A stretch of DNA of 64,000 nt, taken from assembly GCF_009914755.1 (NCBI RefSeq), contig NC_060936.1. The stretch is one strand, 5' to 3'. The translations under genes were made by a program, and so were the position numbers. This DNA comes from the human T2T-CHM13v2.0 reference genome, Homo sapiens. Within the stretch, counting starts at the first letter, position 1. Each line of letters starts with the position of its first letter. The notes under the pieces are model-generated. The model had not been told where the DNA came from. It saw only the letters and a program-made list of their open reading frames with translations, and did not search any database. Positions 39,059 through 54,545 of the stretch are shown here, in pieces.

Positions 39059-40374
39059 GCTGTGGTTCAAATTTAGGCTCCACAAACGACAAGCTGGGTA
39101 GACTTGGAAAAGTGAATTAACCTCTCTGTGCCTCAGCTTCTACACATGTAGAGGGACATGATGACAGCAGCCTACCTTCCAGAGTTGTGGTAAGGATTAA
39201 ATGAATACATACATGTAAAGCCAGACGCAAGGCACTTTGTAAGTATTGCTGCTGTTGCTGCTGCTACAATTCTTTATTATTTATGTCCAGCTCGAGTGGG
39301 GATTTCTCCAGCGACTAAAGAAGGTGCTCACCATGAAAAGCTCAAGGCTGAATTTCAATGCTCTAGTAAAACAATCAGACAAACATTTAGGTTGCAAACA
39401 AATGTCCCAAATGCTAAACTCTCCCTTTCCTACATCCTCCTCTATCTTTACGAAGCTCAAAGGACTTGACATCTTTTACAGGCACAAAAATATCAGCACA
39501 AGAATCCAACACCCACAAAACCCAGAAAGAAGGCACAATTCACTCCCAGCAAACACTGAGCATTACCAGAGCCATTTTTTTCATTGTGAGATAGACATTT
39601 TAAAATTTTTTCTTATTTTTAACAAGATGCCCTATTGTTCAGCCTAGTTGAGAGTGGTTTTATTCTGATTGATTAATACTGCAAAATAACTTGGCATCTT
39701 AGCCCTTCCAGGTTTTCTGCAAGGAACAAAGTGGCAGAGAGGATGAGGGAGCGTGCTCCAGGCTAGATACAATAGGCTGCCATCACCCAACCCACAAGGG
39801 CCGAAAACATCACCAAGGGGATAGAAGGCAATGAAAGGACCTTCCTTCTCTATAAAGTGCAGCAACCCATCCCAAAACCCCAGTATCTGCACATCATACC
39901 GTGTACTATGTCTTCAATTCATTCTGTACTCTATGGCCTAGGTCTGGATAACCAAGTCAGGCTTTTCATTTACAACAAGTCACTTTTCATGCCACAATTC
40001 ACTGCCAGGTAAATACTTTCTTGATGAAATTGATGATCAAGTAGATTTACAAAGGCTGAGTGAGGCTTGCTGGTGAAAGAGTGGAAAGGAGTCTATGCAA
40101 ACCAACACAGAAATGATCATCCTAAATATAAAAGGAAAAAAAGTAGAAGCAACCTAAATGCTCAACAACAGAAAATCAGTGTAGGGGACTGTTGAAGTCA
40201 GTGTGTTCTAAAATATGTGCTTTGAACAGTTCTGCTGAGATTATTATGCAATAAGATCATAGGTTGATAAGTAAATGAATCATAAAGTTTTATGTCCGGA
40301 TATGTGTGAGAAATACTTAAACACATGTCTTGGCTTGCCTGCACATAGCATTTAATATGCTAATGCATTTGACA

Positions 40375-40720
40375 CTCATTGGCTTGCTTCCTTTCAGATC
40401 CCTTCCCCATTTTTCCTCTCCATGGTTCTGTATTGCGGAGAGCTGATCCCCACAAACTACATTTCCCAGTCTCCTTTGCTAACTGGTTTCCAGTTAGTTT
40501 CAGTCAATGGGGAGAACTGGTAAAATCCTAGAGGGTGGGAATACGGGAAGAGCCAGGGTTTTTCTCTCTTCATGCTTTAAATGGTGTCTCTGGCAATGGC
40601 CTTGTCTTGTCCATGATTTCAGCTTCCCTGGCACAGTGTCTCCCTCCATGGCCCCAGGCCCCTCCAGACAGTCTCTGCTCTGGTTCTGAGTCCTGATCCT
40701 TGGTAGCTAAGCCATGAGAC
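40375..40720 (+). mobile_element. LTR33-like relic
   Basis: ctacatttcccagtctcctttgctaactggtttccagttagtttcagtcaatgggg. Confidence 0.5.
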
Positions 40721-40879
40721 TTGCTGCTGATGGGAAAAGGTAACTAGAAGAAGAGGAAATTGTTCATTCCATCTGGCCCTAAAGGGTTGCAAGATGAAGG
40801 TGGAAACAGAAGAGGTAGGGTGAAACAATCAGAAGATGGGCCTGTAGAGTGCAGAAGAGTAACAGAGAAACGGCTGGTC

Positions 40880-41290
40880 CTGTTGCAAATTGGGTTCCCT
40901 GGGAGGGAGATCCTGAGACCAACTTTAGCCTAAGGATGTTTGTTAAAGAGTTCCTTTAGAATCAACACCTGTGGAAAGGAGGGGATACCCTATTAACAAG
41001 ATGTGGAACAAGATTGGGCAGAGGGAAACATTGAGCTGTGATGCAATCCCAACATGGGACTCACTTGAGCCCATGAGAAGCTTAGGAGCAGGGATGGTCT
41101 TCAGGGATGTCCCAAATTGAGCCAGAAGCTCTGGGACTTTGTACCCCAAGTTTGCCAGTCATTGGATGCAGGTAACCCTGGAGGGAGTTATGACCTTGTG
41201 AAGACAGTTTTTTCAGTTCTCCAATGGTAGGAGGAATAAATTCTTCATTCCTTAAAGGAATCAGAGTGACATGTCATAGTGTTCAACAAA
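40880..41290 (-). mobile_element. LTR16-like ERVL LTR
   Basis: ttgggttccctgggagggagatcctgagac...agattgggcagagggaaacattgagctgtgatgca. Confidence 0.65.
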
Positions 41291-43176
41291 GTCCCTATTC
41301 TCATTTGTGATTTTAGTAAGTGATGTGTCTGGGGCTACCAAATGGGGATAAAGCTACATCCAAGTAGATTCAGTGACCATCACAATCGGGCTAACATGGA
41401 CCTAGAGATTGAACTTTTCCAAGATACTTCTGGTTCCAGTGTAGAAAGGTAGGGACAAAGGAATTCCAGGGCAAGGAACACAACACAACTAAAGTGACAG
41501 CCAGTAGAGTGGGAATGAATTGCCACCCTGTTGTGGGAAAGTAAGGCAAATGTAGGGACTCAGAACGTCTACCATGGGGCCACGTCTAAGAACAAGGCTC
41601 AAATCTGGCACCTGCTCATGCTGGCACTGGCCGAAGGCTTCAGCTGTAAATGTAAGAGGCCAAGCTGCAACCAAGAAGACAGAAGATTCTGCCTGGGCTT
41701 CCCTAAGAGTTTGGCTTTTCCTTCCCTCAGGAAGTCATATAAAGTGCTGACCCTTCTTGCCCACTCAGCAAGACACCATTGTGGCATGGAGGCAGGAAGG
41801 AGAAGAACAGAATATATTTCTTTCCAAGGAATTGCACATTACCTAGGGAGATTAATATAAGGAAAAGTATCTAGTAAGAGATGGGATAAAAATGCTCAAT
41901 TTTAGTGTGAGCTAAATTTGAGAGCCTTCTATAAAACCTAGATTTGTGAACTATGCCAAATTCCGTGCAAAAGAACCAGGACAGGGTTTGGCTGCTGATC
42001 CGCAGTTAACAGTGACTTGGAAAGGAAAGAATGAGTGGGGAGCACTGTGATGTCCAGGGCCTAGGATTCTTCTGTCCTTTTGTTCCTCCACGCACATCCC
42101 TCATTCGTAGATCTGTCTCAAGATTCAAGATGGAAGCATCTATGTTTCAGGTAGCAAGACGAAGCAAGGAGCAGAGAGAGAGCAAAGGCCACACATCAGT
42201 GATCTCTTAAGGATGGGTCCTGGATGCTGCCCCAGGGCACTGCCTCTTATATCCCAGTGGCCAGAATTTAGTCCATAAGCCCACTTCTAACAGCAGAAGA
42301 GGCTGGGAAATGTGACATCTATTCTGGGAAGCTGCGTGCTTAGGTAAAACTCATAGTGCAGTGCTATGGAAAAAGAAGAAAATTGCTCTCAGCAAACAGC
42401 TGGCAATCCCTGCTGCAGTGCATATAGCACATTGTAAGTGCTATCTAACTTAACTCTCATAGTAGCCCTAAGAAGTGTGTTGTGCCCATTGTACGGATGA
42501 GCAAATAGAAGCCAGTAGCGCCAAGCTTCTAGTCAATTATTAATAACACCATTTTGCTTTCAGCCTTTTTTCCCACCAAAGTTACTTGCTACAGGTAACA
42601 TATTCAGCTTGTTGGGGGTTAATTTTTTCCATTTCTTTGGTGTTTCAGAGACAATATGCAGGTGAAAGAACCAGCCCCTCTTGGCTGACCTTGCTTTTTC
42701 TCCATAGCAGTCCTGGCTTTGTAAGAACCCTGAGCTCTGTTTGCTTTGCAATTACCCTGGGTGAAGGGGGCCCTCTGACATTTTCACATTGGAGAGGGAC
42801 AGACACAGATCCTCAGCCCTCCCCTTGATTCTTTGATTGTCATTTCCTCTACCTTTAAAAGAAAATTACATAATAGCCATTACTTAGGCACCTTTCCAAA
42901 GTACTTAAACTACATTACTGCAAAAGGGCCCTATGAGGAAATAGCCCCAGATGTCACATGCCAAATTACAAAGAGAAAAATAGGAGTCGGAGCTTCCTTT
43001 ACTGAGATCCCCTCACTGAACAGTGCCACATGGGCATAGGAATTGTGCTTATTGCCCACTCTGCAAAACCCAGGGCCAACTCAAACAGTATCACAGTCAT
43101 TAATGAGACTTAGCTCCATTAGGCTAAATGTAAACATTTGCAACAAGTCTTCAAAGCCTCTGTTAAAAAAATATAT

Positions 43177-43178
<2 letters not shown>

Positions 43179-43216
<38 letters not shown>
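43179..43216 (+). repeat. (GT)19 microsatellite
   Basis: Pure run preceded by atatatac. Confidence 0.97.
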
Positions 43217-43218
<2 letters not shown>

Positions 43219-43659
43219 TTCAGGATAATTTGAGCAATTAAAAGTGACTAACCACACTCACTTTTGTATCTGTCCCCTGTGGGACTGCTGCTCTGGGGCC
43301 AGAAATGGTCCTGCTCTTCCAAAAGGAAAGATATTCATCTAAATTAGGAGGTGGAATGTGACAAAGTTAGTCGTCACTTGTTGAATGATGAGTCAATATT
43401 TTTCTGTTGTTTTTGTTGGAATAGAATTTACTCAGATTTCTTTGGTCATGGCACCTCATTTTTTGCTGGGGTACCACCCCACCCCACTCTTGGTCCGTGC
43501 AGTTGGGCCAAGGTTGACTCTCTTCTCTTGAGTATGGCTAATTGGCATCATTCACACCCCTGGCTATAGTGCTTGATTCAAGGAAGGGCGTATGACCCAA
43601 GTCAGCTTAATGAGATTCAGACCTAGAACTTTTCCTGCAGATAGAGGGAAAGTGGGGGA

Positions 43660-44115
43660 GAAGTAGATGTCACTGTGCCTCATTATATTCCTCTGGTGCT
43701 GACTGTTTCCAAGTATGCTAACACCTTCTCCTTTGAGCATGAAAGACTGTAATGCTCTGAGCGCTTGCCTAGGGCACACAGAAGTGCTGTGAAGCTAATG
43801 CTCCTGGGAGCAGCCCCCAGCCAGTGGTGGATGGAAGTCAGAAAGTCAACAGCACAGCTCACTCATTTCTGGAATGAGATATGCATTCAACTGTGCCCCA
43901 GAGGTCTCAGCAGGGTGTGGACCGTATTTTTTCATACATGGAAGTGGGATTGAGCATCAAATGTCCACAGTGGTAACCTTCTTATTAATGCATCTTTCTT
44001 CCCTTCCCTTCTCACTTCGGTACTAGAGTTTTCTAGAGTCACTTGCCTGATAAATCACTTGCACTGGAATCCTTGTCTCAGAGTCTATGTCTGAGGGAAC
44101 CCAGCCTAAGAAACA
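43660..44115 (+). mobile_element. LTR16-like LTR nested in an older MLT1
   Basis: gctaatgctcctgggagcagcccccagccagtg...aataaatcacttgcactggaatccttgtctcagagtctatgtctgagggaacccagcctaaga. Confidence 0.65.
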
Positions 44116-46219
44116 GAATTATATTTACACCACAGGGCAAGAACTTGCCTTAGGACACAGTCAGTGTAGAAGAGGTAGAGCTTAAAAGCAGAGACAGTGA
44201 GATAAATATTCCTGATGGCATCGTGTTGGGCATCTGGATACAGCCATGCCTGAAAGTTGCACTACACTTGAGCTTGCCCTTAGACAAAATGTGTAAGAGC
44301 TGGGATTCCAAGGACTTGGTTGTGAGTCTTTTTATACTGTCTTTTATGGTCCCAAATATCCATTCCCACTGTACTTGCATTAGCTCATACAGCCCTTGGA
44401 TTCATTCCAAGGGCTACTGGACTTTGCCTTTACCAAGAGACAGTTAAAGCCACCAGGGTGGCATAGTTCAAATCCTTCACTGTAATTTCATGTAAATAAC
44501 CTTCTGGCAGCTTCCTTTTCACTGTTGTGCTCTTGTCTGCCAGCCAATCTCAGGCCTGGGCTTCCCCCAGGAGATGTTAACTCATCGTCCCTTATCTGCT
44601 TGACTGACTGTCATCTTGACACATCATTGAGCTGGTGATGAAGCCCTTAATTAGTTCATGTCTCCAGGCCGCTTCTATTGCCACCTCTTCTTCTGTTTGC
44701 TCTTTCTAGGCTTCTCTCTTTTCTTCCCTTTACCATCTCCAAAGAGAAAATTCTACCAGGTATTCTATGCTAAGCACTTTGCAGTACTGATGAAATCATC
44801 CTCTCATCAGCCCTCTAAAATGGCAACTATGATCCTGAGTTTACAGAAGAAAAAACTGGCCCAGAGAGGTTGCACTTAGTGGTGTTAGTCCCAGACAAGA
44901 CCTGGTTCAAGTCTCAGCTCTTTTACTTTCTTGCTGAGTGACCTTACAGGAGTAATTTAACCTTAAAGTTTTATTTTCCTACAATAGAAACAAAGAAATA
45001 CTGACCTCAGGGGGTTGCAGTGATGAATGAATGAAATAATTATTACATAGCAGTTTGTTTAGGGTCTGGCACATTGTAGGGACATAGATATCATCATCAT
45101 CATCATCATCATCACTGTTCATCTCTGAATCCAGAAAAAATTATATGCACAACATATGTGTCTATCCTTGTGTAGATTCATTTATTTTTGAGATAAGTGA
45201 TTTAAAATAAGAAAAATAATGAATGCCTTATAAATGTTAAATCATCACAAAAACCTATTGAAGTGGTCCTGCCATGATCCCCAATTTACAGCAGAGAAAA
45301 CTGAGGCTCAGAGGGGTAATGTCTCCAAGAACACAGTGCTGATAAGTGGTAGAGCTAAGAATTTAACCCACCATTTGATTCCAGGGCTGGTGTTTCCAGC
45401 TCCCACTATTTAACCAGGTAAGAATGTGCGTGTTTCATGGGCTCACCAAGCTGAATGGTGGAAGTGGTGGTTCTAGAATCCAGATGTTCTGAATCATAGT
45501 GTGTTATGTCATCACTTCAAACCAAACTTGTTAGGTCCCTGTATATCCTGAATTCAAAGAGGTCCACTTTGTCTGGTGCAACTTACAAATTTAGATGCTA
45601 TGCTACAGTGGGGACCATTCACATCTCAGCAAGAACCCCTCAACTATTCACCAGCAGGAAATAGAGCAAGGTAAACATCTGACATAAAAAAAAATGCAAC
45701 CCATTTTCAGAAAATGGAGCACAAGAATCCAAACAGTGCAGTTTGCCTGAGCACTGCAGGTCCACACCGATTGATGTAATTGTTTCAGGCATGCAAGGAG
45801 ACATGGGAGAGGAGGTGAGGCTATGTATCCCACCCTGTTCTCCTGTCTGTGTGAGGGAAATAACCACCTCTCCTTGGAATGAAGATAGAGCCAGTGGTGA
45901 GGCCATTTTGCAGGGCAGCCTGAGGTTATCTGCATGGGGAAAACAACCCCCCAGTGAAGATTCTGGAAGGCCTGGCTTCTTTCTATGACTCCCACTTCCC
46001 AGAAGAGAAAGTCTGTTCTCTCCTGTGTGGTGTTGGTAATGAAGGGTGGGATAGTAACAGCCAGGATCTCATTCAGTTAAAGGATCAGTAGATAATCCAT
46101 GGAAAGAGGTTAGCACAAGGAGTTCATGTGGTAAATCCTCAATAAATGCTTATTATTATTGTTACATTATAATTATTGATGAATGGTTTATAATTGGTAC
46201 ATTGTAAACCAACATTTAC

Positions 46220-47160
46220 ATTGTTAATACATATATTAAAATACTTATTAAGTACCAACTAAGAGGTAAGCATTGAGGATTCCATGGTAAATAAGTTGGA
46301 CCAAGTTACCGGCCCTCAGGGTGCTTATGTTCTAGTGCAGAACTACCCAAAAGAAGTTCTTATGATGATGGAAATGATCTACATCAGTACTGCTTAATAT
46401 GGTGGCCCCTAGCATCTTGTGGCTATTGGCTACTGAAGATACAAGGGGCTACTGAATACAGCCACAAGATACTAGGGGCTACTGAAATATGGCTATGCAA
46501 CTGAGGAGCTGGATTTTAAAATTTTATTTGATTTTAATGAATTTTAGTTATATTTAAATATCCACATTTTGCTGATAGCTACCGTATTGGACAGCGCATA
46601 TCTAGTGGATGAAAATAGATAATTATTTGCAAGTTTAAAACTAACATCTAAGGGAGGAATGAATTGAATAACAAATATCTAATGAGTATCAGGAAAGTGC
46701 TAGGCGTTGGGGATTTAGTGGCAAGTAAGCTGCACAAGTGGCTGCTCTGACGATAAGATATTTAAGCTAAAACCCATATGGGATGGTCTGGAACAATGAG
46801 AAGAAAGTGTTCCAGGCAGAAGGATCAGCAACACAATGGCTGTGAGGTGAGAACAAGCCTGGGATGTAAAAGGCATAGATAAAAAGCAAAAACAAGAGAG
46901 GATGAATTGCAGTGAGAGAGAACAAGAGTGTGGCATGATGTCAGAACAGGCAGAAACAGATCACAGCAAGACTTTTGGATTCAACTCTATGGGTACCTAC
47001 CGGAGGGTTTTGCACAGGGTGGTAGCATGATGAGAATTATAATTTTAAAACATCACCTGGCTGCTCTACGATTGAATGGACTGTCCGAAAACTGGAGTCT
47101 ATGAAGATCAACGGTTGCAAGGTTACTGGAGTCATTGAGGTAAGAGATGATGTCATAGAC
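46220..47160 (-). mobile_element. L2 split by MER3
   Basis: aatacttattaagtacc...; body resumes after 46600 (gtgttccaggcagaaggatcagcaacacaatggctgtgagg). Confidence 0.7.
46338..46599. mobile_element. MER3 (hAT) with internal templated rearrangement
   Basis: tgatgatggaaatgatctacatc...gcaactgaggagctggatttt...ctaccgtattggacagcgca; TSD ttctagtg/atctagtg. Confidence 0.85.
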
Positions 47161-48411
47161 TAACATGCTTATAAAATATTCAGCGTAATGCCTGGCACAA
47201 AACCAGCATTTGCAAGATAACTATCATTATTTTGGAGGCTACTTATTTCCTGTGATGAAAACGATAGTTCACCTTAGCCAGCCAACCTGTCAAATTATAT
47301 TCATAGAACACATGAATTCAAGGGGAGTTTCAGGGCATCTAGAATCAAGTCAGATGCAGTCTCCACCTTTAAGTAACTCAAGCATAACTGGGGAGAGAAA
47401 TCCGATGTTCTGTAAATAATTAAAGAAGGTCTCAAGCTAGAGCATGACCAATGGGTAGATGGCATGAGCCCTCTCTGAGAGCTCTCCTAGCTCAATAAAA
47501 AGAAGCCACTGAAGAAGATATTGCACTATTCATTCCCTCAAAAGATCCTCCTCTTGGAAATTATCACCAAGCTTTTTCCACTTGAAAATCATTGATGCCT
47601 CTTCCAGGAGAAGATGAAGCCTAAATACACACAGATGAGCAGCCTAGACTCTGGTCCAACCATGTCCTTGCAGAAAGAAGATGAGCATGGATGTGTCCCA
47701 AATGCAATGAATGAAGAGGAATTTATTTTGTGGGAAGAGGGCAGGGGCATACTGGGAATAGGTTGCTGGAGTTCATTAAGCCATTTTTGAGCTAAAGAGC
47801 CATCTGTAGTGGATGTGATATGCCAACTTTTCTTGAAGGAGCTAAATGGTTAAGAGTTGCACCCAAAAGTCTCTATACCTCTCCTTCCACCTAATCGCAA
47901 CCATCTGAGGCTCTAGTGCTTCCAGAAGTTAGAAGGCCTCCTCCTTGATACTGGCTGAATGCAACCATTTTTCTAATTAAACCATAAACCCAGATGTCTA
48001 ACACAAAAGGACAAAGGAGGAGAAAACAAAGAAAAGACGATTTGGTTATTGCAAGACGTTGGGGCATTGGAAACCTATGCTTTACTCAACCTCCATTCAT
48101 TATCCTTCATGAGTTGCTTTTTTGTTTGTTTGTCCTGATTGTAAATGGAAAATGAAAACTTTCCCCCAATTTCCCACTTTGAGACAGACAATGACATGAT
48201 TGGCCCCGCGTGGACTGAGTGTCTCTGGGCAACCGAGATTTGAAATGTCCTGCAGCCTCGGTAGTTTTTGTGGAAAATGGGAGGACACAATATCTATTTT
48301 ACAGGTCTGTTGTGAAGATCAATGTGAAAAATATATGTAAACAGTTTAGCACTGGGCTGGCACACAGGGGTGTTCAGCAAGGCTTGGGCAGTATATGCTT
48401 CACGTGCATTA

Positions 48412-48906
<495 letters not shown>

Positions 48907-49284
48907 TCACTGTCACTGTATCTGAGTTTGAACCACAGCTCAGCCATTTAGGATCTGGATAGCCCCAGGCAAGCAACTTTTCTTCTCAGGATTCCAGGTT
49001 TTAAATCGCTAAAGTGGGGATAGTAATACATCCTATCTCATAGTGCTGTATCTTAATCTTAACCTTAATCTTAATCTTGTGCTTTATAGAGCGTAACATA
49101 ACAATGGCTACCACAGTCATTATTATTCACATAAAATCCATTTTGCAACAGTATAATTATTGGTGTCAATAGCAATGCCCACGCGGATTTTTAGGTAGCA
49201 TTGATGTGACTTAGTGCCAGATCAAAGAGTAAGAAATATTTGAGTGAAAGATTACTACCAGCTCGATGCAGACATCCTCTCAAA

Positions 49285-49680
49285 AAATATTTATTTATTC
49301 CCCTACCGTGTGCCAGGCACTGGCCTAGAAACCAGTGACACAGAAGTAAATATGACAGACAAGGTCTCTGGTTCCATTGAACTTCATCAGGGGCGGGTTT
49401 GAGAAATGAGACCACAGATAGAAAAAACATTAAGGTATGAATATTCAACATATCAAGTAGTGATTTGTTCTACGAAGAAAAGCTGCGCAGGGTAGAGTAA
49501 AAGGTGATGGAGAGTTATATGAAAGTATGACTTAAATGAATGGTCAGAAAAGGTCTTTCTGATAAGATGGCATTTGAGCAGCAACCTGGAGGAGGTGGGA
49601 GGGTGGCTGTTGATATCTGTAGGAAAGAGCATTCCTGGAAGATGGAACAGCAAATGCAAAGGCCTTGAGGCTAAAGGGAA
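49285..49680 (-). mobile_element. L2 3' segment
   Basis: tatttatttattcccctaccgtgtgccaggcactgg...ggaaagagcattcctggaagatggaacagcaaatgcaaaggccttgagg. Confidence 0.8.
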
Positions 49681-50829
49681 ACCAACAAAATGGAAATCTA
49701 GGTGTTTTCCAGTAGAGTTGAGGATGTCTGGGGAAGGTCCCTCACATTGCAAAGTAAATGTTGCAGAGTAGGTACACGATTCATTGTCTTTGGGGTCAGT
49801 CTCAGAACGCCGCTTGGTAGCATCATTCATCTGAGCCATTATGCTGAGAAGACTCAGTTCTCATTTCTAAATAACTTAGGGATTCCAACCAGTGGCCTTC
49901 CAGTTTCTCTGGAAGCCAGACCCTTGTCATCTGCTAGAAATAGTAATGTCAGGCCGGAAGGCACCAGGGCCCCAGCTTCAGCCCCCATGACACATCCTGG
50001 CTGAGAGATGTGTTAGGCAGACCCTTGGGAACAGCTTCTGCCTGACGGCTTCCCTGAGACTGAATGCCAGCAACTCCCATGGATAACTCCCTGGATTGCA
50101 TCATCTGTGATGTCTGGGGCCAGAGCACCCCAATTAGCAGCCCTCTGCTGCACAGATGGTTGGGGGACACAGGAGAACAGAGCGGTCAGCAACTTGGGTG
50201 GCTCTTCTGGAGTACAGCCCCTCTCTCTGCTCAGCAGGCGAAGGCCATGTCTGGCCTCAGAGTAACTGTTTCCATCCCCATAGCTGCAACCCACCACCTC
50301 CCGGAAGCTGGGAATTCCCTTAGAAGACCAAAGGTCTGAGATGTGCAAAAAAGGATAATTTGATGGAATGTGTCCTTTTCCCATGCCAGTTCTCATTGGT
50401 AGGCAGTCCAAGAGGCTTGGGTCCCAGAAGTGAGCTGGAATCAGAGGAATGTGCTCAGTTATATGCAGTGTGCAGCTCAGCAGCTGCATTCCAAAGTTAT
50501 GTCCAACCAGGGACTCTTGAAGATGCCTTCACACAGTGATGGAGCTGAGTGCCCCCAGCACCTGCTAGGTGCCAGCCGCCATGCTGAATTCTTTACATGC
50601 AGAGTTTCCTTGAGTGCTCACAAGAGCCCTGCGAGGGAGAGGCTATTGTCATGAGGCCTTCTTTCTGCAGACAGGCAACATTGAGGCTCAGCGAGGTTAA
50701 GTAACTGCCTGTAAGTCACATATTTATTAAGACAGAATCAGGACTTGAACTTAAGTGGTTTGAATCCAGAGCTCATAACCATTATACACTAGCATAGCTC
50801 CCATCTCCTTTTGTCCTAGTCATATAGAC

Positions 50830-51065
50830 TGCGGATTGGCACACGTTTTCTGTAAAGGGCAGGATAGTAAGTATTTTTGGCTTTACCAGCCGTACAGTCT
50901 CTGACCCAACTACTCTAGAGCACTTCTGTGCTGCTATAATGGAAAAGCAGCCACAGACAATATTTAAGTAGATGATGCATGTGGCTGTGTGCCAGTAAAT
51001 CTTTATTTACAGAATCAGGCAGGAGGCTGGAGTTGGCCCATGGGCCATACTTTGTTAATCCCTGC
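50830..51065. mobile_element. MER58A
   Basis: ttttctgtaaagggcaggatagtaagtatttttggc...ggcccatgggccatactttgttaatccctg. Confidence 0.85.
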
Positions 51066-51667
51066 TGCAGATGGTCACCCACTCTGCCTTCCATGGAGCT
51101 TCATGGTGCCTTCACTGGACTTCTTTTTGTGAGTCTCTCCCCTCACTTGGTTAAGTTCCTTGTGGGTTGACATTTAGACGTGTTTACCTCTGCATTTTTG
51201 GCCCTCAAGAAAGATATTTGAATTGATGAATGAATAAGTGACTGAGTGAATGAATGATATGAGGATCAAAATTGCCCCACAGCTATGGTTAGATCAAACA
51301 CCCAGATCTTAGGCTGGGTTTCCCTGGAACCAGAACTTGGCACAAATGCAAGAAGGTTGGGAACTAATCTCAGGAAATATTGGTAGGGGAGATTTGAAGG
51401 GAGGCAAGGAAGGTAAGTGGCCTATCAAGGGTGTGATATTGAGCAGGTTACAGCTGTGGGCAGCTGGAGTTCAGTCTCACTGGGAAACTCTGGGAGACTG
51501 GGTAGAGCATGCATCAGCTCTACCAACAGAGGGGCTTCAGGGCTGTTTCCAGGGGTATTGGCTTTCTAGCACCTCCAGGTTTCCCTGAGCATGGCCAACC
51601 ATGCTCCTTGGCCAGAAAAATGTCAGAAGAGAGATACAGGTTTTCAAATTAATCTAAGATGATCTAA

Positions 51668-51875
51668 GCAGGGATTTGTTCACTGGCCAAAAACAGCTTG
51701 CTGCCTGTTCTTGTAAATAAAGCTTTATAGGAACACAGCCATGCCTATTTGTTTATGCACTGTCTTTGCACTGCAATGGCTGAGTTGGGTAGTTGTGACA
51801 GAGAATGTATGGCCTGCAATGCTGAGAGTATTTACTATCTTCCTCTTTACAGAAAAAGTGTGCTGGTCTCTGGTG
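51668..51875. mobile_element. MER58A, opposite orientation to the 50830 copy
   Basis: ttgtaaataaagctttataggaacacagccatgcc...ctctttacagaaaaagtgtgctg. Confidence 0.8.
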
Positions 51876-52029
51876 TAAGAGATATGGGAAGGGCACTGAC
51901 AGCATCTTCCAAACAGTTTAAATCATGTGAATTACTTACACTAGAATCGAGAAAACTGGGATGTTGCACTTGAAAATTTCCAGTTATGGCTTCCATGGAA
52001 AGAGTAAAAATTCTTGCTTTCCATTGTCT

Positions 52030-52537
52030 TTCTTATTTTTTATTGCAGTGAAACACACACAACATGAAATCTATCCTTGTAACAATTTCTAAGTGTAAAA
52101 TATTGTTAACTATAAGCCTGACATTGTACAGCAGATCTCTAGAGCTTTTTCATCATGCATGAGTGCAATTCTACACCCATTGAACAGCAATTCCTGCTCT
52201 TCCTCCTCCTCCAAGCCCTGGCAATCACCATTTTCCTTTCTGCATCTATAACTTTTAATATTTTCAATATTTTATATAAGTGGATTCATGCAGTATTTGT
52301 CCTCCTGTGAGTGGCGTGTTTCACTTAGCATAATGTCTTCAAGGTTTATCCATGTTGTAGCATATGTCAGAATTGCCTTTCTTTTTTGGGTTGAATAATA
52401 TTCCATGGTATGTATGGTTTTATCCATTCACTCATCCATGAACATTTAGGTGGTTTCCATTTACTGGCTATTGTGAATAATATTGCAGTGAACGTGGGAG
52501 TGCGAAAATCTTTTCAAGATTGTTTTTAATTCTTTTG
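52030..52537 (-). mobile_element. L1MA/L1MB 3' end (non-inverted part of a twin-primed L1)
   Basis: ttgtacagcagatctctagagc...ttcacttagcataatgtcttcaaggtttatccatgttgtagc. Confidence 0.88.
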
Positions 52538-53510
<973 letters not shown>

Positions 53511-53541
53511 TGAGAAGTATCACCAAATCCATTTCAGGAAG

Positions 53542-53897
53542 TGTATTAGTCTGTTTTCATGCTGCTGATAAAGACATACCCAAGACTGGGTAATATATAA
53601 AGAAAAAGAGGTTTAATGGACTCACAGTTCCACGTGGCTGGGGAAGCCTCACAATCATGGCAGAAGGCAAAAGGCACATCTTACTCTGCAACAGGTAAGA
53701 CAGAATGAGAACCGAGTGGAAGAGGTTTCCCCTTTTAAAACCATCAGATCTCATGACACTTATTCCCTACCATGAGAATAGTATATAGGAAACCGCCCCC
53801 ATGATTCAATGATCTCCCACTGGGGTCCTTACACAACACATGGGAACTATGGGAGCTACAATTCAAGATGAGATTTGGGTAGAGACACAGCCAAACC
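53542..53897 (-). mobile_element. THE1 (B/C-like) solo LTR
   Basis: tgtattagtctgttttcatgctgctgataaagacataccc...gacacagccaaacc; terminal atatca missing. Confidence 0.93.
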
Positions 53898-54183
53898 CAC
53901 TTTCTTAAATTGGAATCTGACTCTGTGACTCCCCTGCTTCAAACTTACCCATCCTGGATCCTCTCTCATGGGGCGCTGGCCAGCCAGTTTTCTCTTTCTC
54001 TGTTGCACTCTCCCTCTATACAGCCTGATGTAGACCCTTGGACATACCCTCCTCTCATGTTTTCTGGGTGTTTTACCCAAGTGTTGCCACTGCCTGAAAC
54101 TTGGGGCCCTGCTCCTCCTTTTCCACTCTGCTGAATCCTTCCAGGCTTCAGCATCATTCTTGGGTGTTATGAAAATTATCCCA

Positions 54184-54545
<362 letters not shown>

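Noticed and set aside
49051-49078. (CTTAAT)n hexamer run resembling an interstitial telomere
   Set aside because: Only about four units, not CCCTAA, and located within a MIR
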